In this document: in pieces, positions 19,408 to 28,026 of the stretch
Layout: every line of letters begins with the position of its first letter
How positions within the stretch are numbered: the first letter of the stretch is position 1
Virus record (IMG/VR): IMGVR_UViG_2531839010_000002
Location: 9,765-73,764 of that record
Length of the DNA: 64,000 nucleotides
Reading direction: 5' to 3' (one strand)
Source: a virus
Taxonomy: Duplodnaviria > Caudoviricetes
Notes under the pieces: model-generated
Told to the model about the DNA's origin: nothing
Database searches by the model: none
What the model saw: only the letters and a program-made list of their open reading frames with translations
Position numbers and translations under genes: made by a program

Positions 19408-19492
19408 AAGGAGGTGGTCCGTATATCTCCCGGCCGCCAGGGTAATGGCGGTAAACTTATCAACCCCAAAAAAGGAAAGAGAGGTACATATT

Positions 19493-19696
19493 ATGGCAGA
19501 ATCAACAGGAAAACATGTAGCGCATATTCCGGGAAATGGGGGATACCTGGCAGAGGGGCCAGACCTGCAGGAAAAACATCCCACCCCATACCTGTATGAT
19601 GCACCAACAGACACGCCGCATCCGGGTAAGCACCAGAGCGGTGTAGGCGGCCCAAGTGACCGTAACAATAATGGCGTAGACGACGAAAAGGAGTAG
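19493..19696 (+). CDS. 67-aa disordered phage protein between holin and lysin
   Basis: SD GAGAGGT before ATG; G/P/D-rich. Confidence 0.6.
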   Translation: MAESTGKHVAHIPGNGGYLAEGPDLQEKHPTPYLYDAPTDTPHPGKHQSGVGGPSDRNNNGVDDEKE

Positions 19697-19725
19697 TTGC
19701 GATATCGCAACTTGTGACGTCACAA
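19695..19725. repeat. Two abutting palindromes AGTTGCGATATCGCAACT and TTGTGACGTCACAA
   Basis: Both are perfect palindromes when read directly. Confidence 0.9.
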
Positions 19726-19733
19726 CTTTTCAT

Positions 19734-19765
19734 GGCTCAGGGACTATCCTGGGCCTTATTTTTTT
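19734..19765 (+). terminator. Intrinsic terminator directly upstream of endolysin
   Basis: GGCTCAGG-GACTAT-CCTGGGCC then TTATTTTTTT. Confidence 0.65.
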
Positions 19766-19782
19766 GATTGGAGGAAAACACT

Positions 19783-20556
19783 ATGAGTAAAACATCAGCA
19801 GGATTAATACAGCATTGCAAGGACAAGCTGGGCACCCCTTACGTCTACGGCGCCAAGGGTGAGATACTGACGCAGGCCAGCCTGGACCGCCTCGCCCGGG
19901 AGAACCCAGGCACATACACATCCACCTACAAAGTCAAGGCGGCTAAGTACATGGGCCAGCGCTGCACGGACTGTTCCGGCCTCATCAGCTGGTACACCGG
20001 GCGCATCCGTGGCAGCTACAACTACCATGACACAGCCGTGGAGCGGGTAGGCATTGACCATCTGGACGAGTCCATGGTCGGCTGGGCGCTCTGGAAGCCG
20101 GGCCACATCGGGGTGTACATAGGTGATGGTTGGTGTATTGAGGCCAAGGGCATCAACTACGGCACCATCAAGTCCAGAGTGACCGCCACACCCTGGCAGA
20201 AGGCCCTCAAGCTCTGCGACATCGACTATACCCCGGTCCCAGTGACATACACCCAGGGCTTCCAGCCGGCCGCAGATGGTAACCGCTGGTGGTATCAGTT
20301 TACAGACGGCAGCTATGCGGCTAACGGCTGGTACTGGCTCCGGGAGGCCACGGACGGCACCTGTGGTTGGTATCTGTTTGACAGCGAGGGCTACATGCTG
20401 ACCGGCTACCAGGTGGACCCTGCCGGCGAGGCATTTTTACTCTGCCCAGTAATAGGCAGTAATGAGGGCAAGTGCATGATTACGGATGCCAGGGGAGCGC
20501 TCCGGATTGCAGAAGAATACGACATGGTAAATCGTCGGTATGTGTTCGAGTGGTGA
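19783..20556 (+). CDS. Endolysin: NlpC/P60 catalytic domain plus cell-wall (choline-binding-type) repeats
   Basis: GTPYVYG, DCSGL, GHIGVY motifs; GWYW/WYLF..GYMLTG repeats. Confidence 0.88.
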   Translation: MSKTSAGLIQHCKDKLGTPYVYGAKGEILTQASLDRLARENPGTYTSTYKVKAAKYMGQRCTDCSGLISWYTGRIRGSYNYHDTAVERVGIDHLDESMVGWALWKPGHIGVYIGDGWCIEAKGINYGTIKSRVTATPWQKALKLCDIDYTPVPVTYTQGFQPAADGNRWWYQFTDGSYAANGWYWLREATDGTCGWYLFDSEGYMLTGYQVDPAGEAFLLCPVIGSNEGKCMITDARGALRIAEEYDMVNRRYVFEW

Positions 20557-20741
20557 CACTGATGCCAGATAAGGATGGGGATAACAGAGGAGATGGGTCT
20601 AGTCCATAGGACCAGACCCATCCATGTACAAAATATTCGGGGGCATAGATGGTGACATCTACGAAAATATTATATCGACTAAATATAGACAAAGTATGAA
20701 TAGGAAAACTAAAAAGATAACTTAAAAAAATTTTTAAAATC

Positions 20742-20770
20742 TGCAACTTTTTTGAAATACAATACGTCTA
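20742..20770 (+). promoter_or_regulatory. ECF sigma (SigV/W-type) promoter TGCAAC-N17-CGTCTA
   Basis: Matches AAC/CGTC ECF consensus; upstream of lipoprotein SD. Confidence 0.6.
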
Positions 20771-20803
20771 ATATTATGAAATTATAAAAAGGAGGATTTG
20801 ATA

Positions 20804-21199
20804 ATGAAGAAAAGAAATGTATTTGTAGCTACTTGTGTAACTTTGATGTTGGTTGCGGGATGTTCCGCGCAGAAAGGTGAAGTATCTTCCGCAGCGCCTA
20901 CACAGATAGTTAGCACTTCGATAGCGGAAAGTACGCTTGATGTGTCTTCCACTAAAAGCGGTGAAAATAGAATGGCTGAAGAAGAATCCACTCTTACAGG
21001 TACTATCAGTGACATTAAGGATTTTATGTTTGTTATCACCGATGGGGATGGAGTGGATTATGTTCTTAGCTTTGAAGGAGAAAAACCAGAAGGATTATCT
21101 TCTGTCAAAGAAGGAGATACGGTTTCTGTTGTTTATACAGGAAAACTGGAAGAAACAGAAGCATTCACTGGAACTGTGATTTCTGTGACAAAAAAGTAG
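20804..21199 (+). CDS. Lipoprotein with S/T-rich linker and small beta (OB-like) domain
   Basis: Signal peptide with lipobox LVAG-C; SD AAGGAGG. Confidence 0.8.
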   Translation: MKKRNVFVATCVTLMLVAGCSAQKGEVSSAAPTQIVSTSIAESTLDVSSTKSGENRMAEEESTLTGTISDIKDFMFVITDGDGVDYVLSFEGEKPEGLSSVKEGDTVSVVYTGKLEETEAFTGTVISVTKK

Positions 21200-21228
21200 C
21201 AGGTTTAATTGTTAACTGGAAAAATTTT

Positions 21229-21253
21229 AAGGCGCCATAATGGCGTCTTTTGT
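21229..21253 (+). terminator. Terminator after lipoprotein
   Basis: AAGGCGCCA-TAA-TGGCGTCTT then TTG. Confidence 0.6.
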
Positions 21254-21390
21254 TATTAGTAACGAAAAACACCTCAATGTTAATTGAAAATTGAACTGTT
21301 GTTCACAGCCACATGCTTACTGAATTTGTCACAAGTAAAAAATGTATGGAGAAAAATACCGAAAAAAGCGTTTATATATATATATAAACG

Positions 21391-21588
21391 GTGGGGAGGT
21401 ATAAAGTTATGATTGAAGGAGCTTATGTACAATATCAGTCTGCCAAGGCGGCAGAGGACATGTTTTGTGAAATGAGATTGCTTATAAATGATATTATGAT
21501 GAATCATATTCATTTCATCAGTGACGAGACAGCCGCTACTGTTTTGGATTTAGCCATCAGGATAGGGGAGGCGGAAGGCGGAGAGTGA
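21391..21588 (+). CDS. 65-aa hypothetical protein
   Basis: Open frame only; start uncertain. Confidence 0.35.
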   Translation: MGRYKVMIEGAYVQYQSAKAAEDMFCEMRLLINDIMMNHIHFISDETAATVLDLAIRIGEAEGGE

Positions 21589-21987
21589 TGGAGGCAGATA
21601 CCAAATGTTCGGGTGCGCATGTTCTGAAAAAGAGGAGAGGCTGACAGTTTTCTGCCGGCCTCGTTTATGAGAAAACATGTGCCGGTTGACAATGGGGTTA
21701 AAGAAAAGATAGACACATGATTCCAAACATGGAATATATCAAACAAATGTGAACAGATTATGAACAAGAAAAAATCATGATGCAGGCGGGTTCCGGAATA
21801 CCGGGCCCGCCTCATTTGGTAGGCAGTGACTACGATTTGCCTACCTTGCACAAGTTTTTCTATAACACGCTTGGTTACGCTATAGTACTTCTGGTTTTTC
21901 TATTTCTTGAAAATCTCTTATTTTAAAAGATAATAAGTTACGCTATAATATTGTGTAGCACACATGGTTTTTTGACATCGACTTACG

Positions 21988-22341
21988 GTGCATGTGGAGA
22001 CGGTAGTTCTTTTATCCCACAAAAAAGCCGACAGTTATATCCACATTGATGTGGAGTTTGGAGAGGGCGAGGGCAAGATTCCGGTAGATAGTATTGCTAA
22101 AAGAGCCGAAGCGTACAAGCCCAAAGAAAAAGTGACCTACAAAATGATTAAGGAGTACATAGAAGCGAAATACGGCTTCAAAGTACATACCGCATATATC
22201 GCAGAGGTAAAGAGAGATTTAGGCTTGCCGATGTACGATGCTCCTAATGCGGTAGAAGAATTGAAACAGCCGAGGAAACATCCGACACCAGAAAAGGTAG
22301 AAGCAATCAAAGATGCACTTCGGTATTTTGCAGTGATATAA
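21988..22341 (+). pseudogene. rumA: Orphan 3' fragment of 23S rRNA m5U methyltransferase gene (element-borne alternative C-terminus), att-site marker
   Basis: Starts at HVETVVLLS catalytic-end motif; in-frame stop at 21973, so no 5' part of the gene is present. Confidence 0.75.
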
Positions 22342-22356
22342 AACTTTACTTACAAT
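22328..22356 (+). promoter_or_regulatory. Putative sigmaA promoter TTGCAG-17-TACAAT for ICE operon
   Basis: 17-nt spacer, upstream of parA leader. Confidence 0.5.
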
Positions 22357-22372
22357 CGAATATTTCTTACAT

Positions 22373-22441
22373 AGCCGTTTATTCATTTATTTGAGTAAGC
22401 GGCTTTTTTCATCCCTATTTTTCGGAATAGGGATATTTTTT
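22373..22441 (+). terminator. Two tandem terminator-like hairpins in front of parA
   Basis: AGCCGTTTATTCA/TGAGTAAGCGGCT+T5 and ATCCCTATT/AATAGGGAT+AT6. Confidence 0.65.
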
Positions 22442-22460
22442 GTAGAAGGAGGAGGTTTAT

Positions 22461-23282
22461 TTGAATACACAAATCATTGCCATTGCCAACCAGAAAGGCG
22501 GCGTTGGCAAAACAACAACCTGTGCGAACTTGGGAATCGGGCTGGCGCAGGCCGGAAAGAAAGTGCTTCTGATCGACGGGGATCCGCAAGGAAGCCTGAC
22601 AATCAGCTTAGGAAATCCGCAACCAGACAAGCTGCCATTTACACTGTCGGATGCAATGGGCAAAATTCTGATGGATCAGCCTATACGCCCCGGAGAAGGT
22701 ATTCTGAATCATGCAGAAGGCGTTGACCTGTTGCCTGCGGATATTCAGCTTTCCGGTATGGAGGTTTCTCTGGTAAACGCCATGAGCCGTGAAACGGTTT
22801 TACGGCAATATCTGGACACACTAAAGGGACAATATTCCCATATCCTGATTGACTGTCAGCCCTCGTTGGGGATGCTTACGGTCAATGCGCTGGCGGCTGC
22901 GAACAGGATCATCATTCCCGTTCAGGCAGAGTATCTGCCCGCCAAAGGGCTGGAACAGCTTCTATCTACGGTCAGTAAGGTGAAACGGCAGATCAATCCA
23001 AAGCTCCAGATTGACGGTATCCTGCTGACGATGGTGGATAACCGCACCAACTTTGCAAAAGAGATCTCCGCGCTCCTGCGGGAGACCTATGGCGGCAAAA
23101 TCAAAGTATTCGGCACAGAGATCCCCCATTCTGTCCGGGCTAAGGAAATCAGCGCCGAGGGAAAAAGCATTTTTGCCCATGATCCCAGCGGCAAGGTGGC
23201 TGAGGGCTACAAAAATCTGACGAAGGAGGTGTTGAAACTTGAAAAGCAGCGCGAAAAAAATAGAGCTGGCCTCGGTAGATGA
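22461..23282 (+). CDS. parA: ParA/Soj ATPase
   Basis: NQKGGVGKTTT deviant Walker A, DPQGSL, DCQPSLG. Confidence 0.92.
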   Translation: MNTQIIAIANQKGGVGKTTTCANLGIGLAQAGKKVLLIDGDPQGSLTISLGNPQPDKLPFTLSDAMGKILMDQPIRPGEGILNHAEGVDLLPADIQLSGMEVSLVNAMSRETVLRQYLDTLKGQYSHILIDCQPSLGMLTVNALAAANRIIIPVQAEYLPAKGLEQLLSTVSKVKRQINPKLQIDGILLTMVDNRTNFAKEISALLRETYGGKIKVFGTEIPHSVRAKEISAEGKSIFAHDPSGKVAEGYKNLTKEVLKLEKQREKNRAGLGR

Positions 23283-24168
23283 TCTGTTTTCCACCGAAGA
23301 AGGCCGCCAGGATGCAAAGCTGGAAAAGATTCAGGAAATTCCGCTGTCTGAACTGCATCCCTTTAGGAACCATCCATTCAAAGTCAAGGATGACGAAGCC
23401 ATGATGGAGACCGCTGACAGTATCAAGCAGTATGGCGTTCTGGTTCCGGCGATTGCCCGACCAGACCCTGAGGGCGGCTATGAGCTGGTAGCCGGACACA
23501 GGCGGCGCAGAGCCAGTGAGCTGGCAGAAAAAGAGACCATGCCTGTCATTATTCGGGATTTGGATGATGATGCCGCCACGATCATTATGGTTGACAGCAA
23601 CTTGCAGCGAGAAAGCCTTCTTCCAAGCGAAAGGGCTTTTGCCTACAAAATGAAGCTGGAGGCTGTCAAACATCAGGGCGCACGAACCGATTTAACTTCT
23701 CGCCAAGTTGGCGAGAAGTCGCAGACCTCTATTCAAAAGGTTGCAGATCAAGCTGGCGAAAGCCAACGGCAGGTACAGCGTTATATCCGTCTGACAGAGC
23801 TGATTCCTGAATTGATGGATATGGTGGATGAAAAGAAGATTGCCCTGAACCCTGCCTATGAGCTGTCCTTTCTCAAAAAGGAGGAACAGGTAGACCTGCT
23901 GGACGCGATGGACAGCGAACAGGCTACCCCTTCCCTTTCCCAAGCCCAGCGGCTCAAGAAATATAGCCAGGAGGGGCATCTGACCCTCGATATGATGCGT
24001 GTCATCATGGGTGAGGAAAAGAAAAGTGATCTGGACCGGGTGACATTTACCTCTGACACTTTGCGGAAGTATTTCCCTAAAAGCTATACGCCCCAGCGGA
24101 TGCAGGAAACCATCATCAAGCTGCTGGAGGCATGGCAGAAAAAGCGTCAGAGAGACCAGGAACGATGA
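23239..24168 (+). CDS. parB: ParB/RepB/Spo0J family protein
   Basis: GHRRRRA arginine patch, DSNLQRE, HTH. Confidence 0.9.
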   Translation: MKSSAKKIELASVDDLFSTEEGRQDAKLEKIQEIPLSELHPFRNHPFKVKDDEAMMETADSIKQYGVLVPAIARPDPEGGYELVAGHRRRRASELAEKETMPVIIRDLDDDAATIIMVDSNLQRESLLPSERAFAYKMKLEAVKHQGARTDLTSRQVGEKSQTSIQKVADQAGESQRQVQRYIRLTELIPELMDMVDEKKIALNPAYELSFLKKEEQVDLLDAMDSEQATPSLSQAQRLKKYSQEGHLTLDMMRVIMGEEKKSDLDRVTFTSDTLRKYFPKSYTPQRMQETIIKLLEAWQKKRQRDQER

Positions 24169-24180
24169 AAGGAGCCGCCT

Positions 24181-24450
24181 ATGAGGGATATTTCAGCCCG
24201 TGAGCTGAAAGGACACAACATTCTCGCCGTAGAGAGGTTTTGGGATAACACCCGCTGGATGATCGAGTTTTCCGTCCTGCGTCCCAGCACTGCTTACGGA
24301 AGCCCCGGAGATGAAATGCGGCTGTTTTTGACTGAGGACGGTTATCAGGCCGCCCTGCAAAGCCAGCAGCGCCGGGAGATCAAAATCAAAAGGTACGCCC
24401 GTGTAATTGAGGGTCATGTCTTGGATGTAAAGAAAAAACGGAGAAAATAA
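24181..24450 (+). CDS. ICE hypothetical protein (paralog of 26689-27009)
   Basis: Shared RF..NTR.MI.F.VL and RLFL..GY..AL.SQ motifs. Confidence 0.7.
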   Translation: MRDISARELKGHNILAVERFWDNTRWMIEFSVLRPSTAYGSPGDEMRLFLTEDGYQAALQSQQRREIKIKRYARVIEGHVLDVKKKRRK

Positions 24451-24451
24451 G

Positions 24452-24955
24452 ATGTTTAGAGAAAAAGAAATTTGCAATGCCATCAGGACGGCGTATCTTT
24501 ATCTTTTCCCCGACAAAAAGGAGCGGAAAAGGGCGCTCTCCAGATTGAACATGGAACTTGTGGCGCAGTCTGTCCGCTATCGTGGGGAAAGTGTCCTTGC
24601 TTACCAGACCGCGGGAAACCATGAGTGTTCCTTGAACTACTATGGGCCAGAGTTGTTTCCACAGCGGGGATTTTGCATTTACCAAAAAACTATCCAGAGT
24701 CATTCTACGCAGGTGGATGCTTCTTGCATCCGGGAACTATGGCTCTTGGAGGACGGGCGGTTTGTGGATGTCTCCTGCGTGAATACGAAATACCGTTCGG
24801 CGTATGAAAGGTTTTCTACCTGTTACCGTACTATCCATCATATCGTCAGGGAGCGGGACTGGCAGGACTATCCAGCGGAGGAGGTTGCCGACGCCTTTGA
24901 GGACATCAGCCGCTATCCCTTTGATGGGAGACCAGGAGTTTTCTATGAAGTTTGA
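24452..24955 (+). CDS. ICE hypothetical protein
   Basis: 167 aa ORF in operon. Confidence 0.65.
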   Translation: MFREKEICNAIRTAYLYLFPDKKERKRALSRLNMELVAQSVRYRGESVLAYQTAGNHECSLNYYGPELFPQRGFCIYQKTIQSHSTQVDASCIRELWLLEDGRFVDVSCVNTKYRSAYERFSTCYRTIHHIVRERDWQDYPAEEVADAFEDISRYPFDGRPGVFYEV

Positions 24956-24982
24956 GCCGCGTCTTTACTGACAGCGGCTTTT
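24955..24982 (+). terminator. Internal terminator before rep gene
   Basis: AGCCGCGTC-TTTACT-GACAGCGGCT-TTT. Confidence 0.55.
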
Positions 24983-25015
24983 GTTATTTTCTGACCACAG
25001 GAAGGAGTGAAGTGA

Positions 25016-25894
25016 ATGGCAGTCTACCGCGTACAACGGACACGCGATTACACCGTTATGTCAAATTATCATCTGAAGGATAAGGGGCTGACCTTAAAGT
25101 CTAAGGGTCTGCTCTCCATGATCCTGTCGCTCCCAGAGGAGTGGAATTACACTACAAGAGGGCTTGCTTCCATCTGTAAGGAGGGTGTGGACGCCATTGG
25201 CTCTGCGCTCAAAGAGTTGGAAACAGCTGGCTATATTGTCCGCAGGCAGCTTCGCGGTGCGAATGGCCGTATTACTGATACCGAGTACATCATTTATGAG
25301 CAGCCACAGCCAAAGAAGCTGGATATGCTGCCGTCAGATGTGGTTTCACCAGATACGGAAAACCCGGATATGGTAAAACCGGATACGGAAAAGCCCGCAG
25401 AATTAAATATAGAGAAATCAAATACAGAAAAATCAATTACTTATGGATCAAGTACCGATTCCATTCCCTTCCGGGAAACAGCGGCGGCAAGACCGCCGGA
25501 ACGGAAAGGAAGAGATGCGATGTCTGTCACAGAGATAGAAAATTATCGGGAATTGATTTTGGAGAATATCGAGTATGACTGTCTGAAGCAGCGTTATCCT
25601 CTCTACCTGGATGACCTGAATGAGATCGTAGAGCTGTTGGTAGAAACGGTCTGTGCCAGACGAAAGACCACCCGGATCTCTGGGGCAGACTTTCCTCACG
25701 AGATCGTGCGTTCCCGTTTTTTGAAACTGGACAGCTCCCACATCGAGTTTGTCATGGACTGTCTGCAAAAGAACACCACCCAGGTACGCAACATGAAGCA
25801 GTACCTGCTTGCGGTGCTGTTCAATGCGCCTACCACCATGAATAATCACTTCACTTCATTGGTCAACCACGATATGCACGCAGGCGGCTGGTAA
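25016..25894 (+). CDS. HTH replication initiator-like protein
   Basis: N-terminal YTVMSN..KSKGLL wHTH, C-terminal VRNMKQYLL..LFNAP. Confidence 0.75.
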   Translation: MAVYRVQRTRDYTVMSNYHLKDKGLTLKSKGLLSMILSLPEEWNYTTRGLASICKEGVDAIGSALKELETAGYIVRRQLRGANGRITDTEYIIYEQPQPKKLDMLPSDVVSPDTENPDMVKPDTEKPAELNIEKSNTEKSITYGSSTDSIPFRETAAARPPERKGRDAMSVTEIENYRELILENIEYDCLKQRYPLYLDDLNEIVELLVETVCARRKTTRISGADFPHEIVRSRFLKLDSSHIEFVMDCLQKNTTQVRNMKQYLLAVLFNAPTTMNNHFTSLVNHDMHAGGW

Positions 25895-25928
25895 AGGCCG
25901 CCTTTTATCATGCCAAAGGAGGCACGAC

Positions 25929-26675
25929 ATGAACCAGATGGAAATTTTCAAAAACCCGGAGTTTGGCAGTATCCGGGTCATCGAAGAAAACGGCAAATAC
26001 CTGTTCTGCGGAACGGATGTGGCCGCTGCGCTGGGGTACAGCAATTCCCGCGATGCAATTATCCGCCATTGTAGGTATGTCGTGAAACGCGACGCACCTC
26101 ACCCACAAAGCCCCGACCGCAAAATCAGTATGACTTTTATCCCCGAAGGAGATTTGTACCGCCTGATTGTTCACAGCAAATTGCCATCGGCAGAACAGTT
26201 TGAACAGTGGGTATTCGATGAGGTTCTGCCTACCATTCGCAAGCACGGGGCCTATCTCACAAGAGAGAAGCTTTGGGAGGTAGCTACTTCCCCGGAGGCT
26301 CTGATGAAGCTCTGCTCAGACTTGTTGGCTGAGCGTGAAGCAAATATTTCTCTGCGTAAGGAAAATGCACAGCTGGAGGGCAAAGCCGCTTTCTATGACC
26401 TGTTCATCGACTTAAAGCACAGCACCAATCTCAGGACAACCGCCAAAGAGTTGGATGTCCCGGAGCGCCGGTTTGTTCGGTTTCTGATAGAACGACGGTT
26501 TGTGTACCGCACAGCATACGGCAATGTGCTGCCCTATGCCAATGTGAAAAATACGGGGCTGTTCTGTGTGAAAGACTACTGCAATCACGGGCATACCGGC
26601 TCCTACACGCTGGTTACGCCAAAGGGAAAGCTCTACTTTGCTCAGCTGCGGGAGATGATCTTGCTGGTCTCATAA
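25929..26675 (+). CDS. Bro-N / ANT(KilAC) phage-type antirepressor
   Basis: FKNPEFGSIR, WVFDEVLPTIRKHGAY, TLVTPKG motifs. Confidence 0.85.
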   Translation: MNQMEIFKNPEFGSIRVIEENGKYLFCGTDVAAALGYSNSRDAIIRHCRYVVKRDAPHPQSPDRKISMTFIPEGDLYRLIVHSKLPSAEQFEQWVFDEVLPTIRKHGAYLTREKLWEVATSPEALMKLCSDLLAEREANISLRKENAQLEGKAAFYDLFIDLKHSTNLRTTAKELDVPERRFVRFLIERRFVYRTAYGNVLPYANVKNTGLFCVKDYCNHGHTGSYTLVTPKGKLYFAQLREMILLVS

Positions 26676-26688
26676 GAACGGAAAGGAA

Positions 26689-27009
26689 GTGGGTTTTATG
26701 CAGGAAGGCAAAACAATCGGGCAGCTGATGGAGGAAATGCGCCAGAAAGCCGGGGCGCAGAACTATCACGGTCATGACTACATGGATCTCCAGCGATTTA
26801 CGGAGAACACCCGGCACATGATTATTTTTGATGTACTGACGCATGACTCCCCGGTTGGCTGGAAAGGAGAACGCACCCGCCTGTTTTTGTCAGATATAGG
26901 CTATGAAAAAGCTCTGGACAGTCAGGCAAATGGGCAGATCAAGATTCTCAGCCATGCAAAGGTCAGAAATGGAGATTTGTTTTATGACCACAAAGAACAG
27001 ATACGATAG
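26689..27009 (+). CDS. ICE hypothetical protein (paralog of 24181-24450)
   Basis: Motif similarity by eye. Confidence 0.7.
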   Translation: MGFMQEGKTIGQLMEEMRQKAGAQNYHGHDYMDLQRFTENTRHMIIFDVLTHDSPVGWKGERTRLFLSDIGYEKALDSQANGQIKILSHAKVRNGDLFYDHKEQIR

Positions 27010-27021
27010 GAGGAATCCGAT

Positions 27022-27441
27022 ATGAATGAGGAAAAGAAAGTACCCTTTAAGTGGGAATATGGGGAAGAAACCATATCGCTGCAACTTGGAATGTATGCGA
27101 ATAATCAGCGGCTTTATATCGGCATGATTACCCATACAGAAGATGGAGCAGAGGCGTTTGCAGATATGACGGTGAACCTACCAGGATATTCCCTGGACCC
27201 CGGAGAGGCGTTTATTTCCGGTGACATCAGCAAGGACCTGCTGCGATTCATCAAAGAGAACAAGTTGGGGAAGGTGCTTCCCTATCAGGTGCAGTCCGGT
27301 TATGGAAAATATTCTGCCGTTGCCTTTGATCTGGAGAAGTTGAAGGCATTTGACCCCAAAGGTGTGGCAGAGTTTCGGGAAGAGTGGAATCTGCCGGATA
27401 AGAAGCCGGTAAAGAAAAAGAACCGCGGGATGGAGCGATGA
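27022..27441 (+). CDS. ICE hypothetical protein
   Basis: SD AGGAGG; C-terminal basic tail. Confidence 0.7.
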   Translation: MNEEKKVPFKWEYGEETISLQLGMYANNQRLYIGMITHTEDGAEAFADMTVNLPGYSLDPGEAFISGDISKDLLRFIKENKLGKVLPYQVQSGYGKYSAVAFDLEKLKAFDPKGVAEFREEWNLPDKKPVKKKNRGMER

Positions 27442-27525
27442 AGAAATATTTTCTCCGGCGGCTGGTGGTTCCGCCTTAGCAAAAAAAGAGATTCCCTGCA
27501 AACTTCGTGGAAAGGAGGCGAGAAA

Positions 27526-28026
27526 ATGCAGGAAGAAGTGGAAAACAGAACTTTGACGCTGGTTGTCAGTGGAACAAAGTTTACAGGCAGAATGTTTAAG
27601 GCTGCCATAAGCAAGTACATGGCACATCGAAAGGAAAAGAAGCTGGAAAAACAGAGAAGCCGTGATGCGCCGGTTGTTCCGCATGGAAAACAGACTGTGA
27701 AGCAGCTTGTCGGGCAGAATCAGGGAATATCCAACATTGAGATCACAGACCCCTCTATCAAGGAGTTTGAGAAAATCGCCCGGAAATATGGTGTGGATTA
27801 TGCGGTGAAAAAGAACCGCAGCAGTTCTCCGCCAAAGTACCTGATTTTTTTCAAAGGCCGTGATGCAGATGCTCTGACAGCAGCTTTTACAGAGTACACC
27901 AACAAAAAGGTCAAAAAGGCAACGAAAACAGAGCGCCCGTCCGTACTGGCAAAACTTAACCAGTTCAAAGAGATGGTTAAAAATGCTGTGGTGGATCGCA
28001 CCAAGCGAAAGGAGCTGGAACGATGA
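27526..28026 (+). CDS. PcfB-family protein
   Basis: GKQTVKQL, KYGVDYAVKK, FFKGRDADAL, RPSVLAKL. Confidence 0.8.
   Translation: MQEEVENRTLTLVVSGTKFTGRMFKAAISKYMAHRKEKKLEKQRSRDAPVVPHGKQTVKQLVGQNQGISNIEITDPSIKEFEKIARKYGVDYAVKKNRSSSPPKYLIFFKGRDADALTAAFTEYTNKKVKKATKTERPSVLAKLNQFKEMVKNAVVDRTKRKELER

Larger units (their letters stand above)
1..21985 (+). mobile_element. Temperate siphophage (prophage) late-gene region; right boundary uncertain (between 20556 and ~21985)
   Basis: Co-oriented terminase end, portal, scaffold, capsid, head-tail, tail, tape measure, tail fibre, holin and endolysin genes in canonical order. Confidence 0.92.

Noticed and set aside
19414-19599. 61-aa ORF overlapping the 67-aa gene
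   Set aside because: GTG start lies inside the SD-like string, with no independent evidence; the other frame has a proper SD and ATG.
20584-20625. Long hairpin after endolysin as a novel ncRNA
   Set aside because: Most simply a terminator or stabilising stem at the end of the late operon; no further support.
20804-21199. Spanin
   Set aside because: Host appears monoderm, and the gene has its own promoter and terminator.
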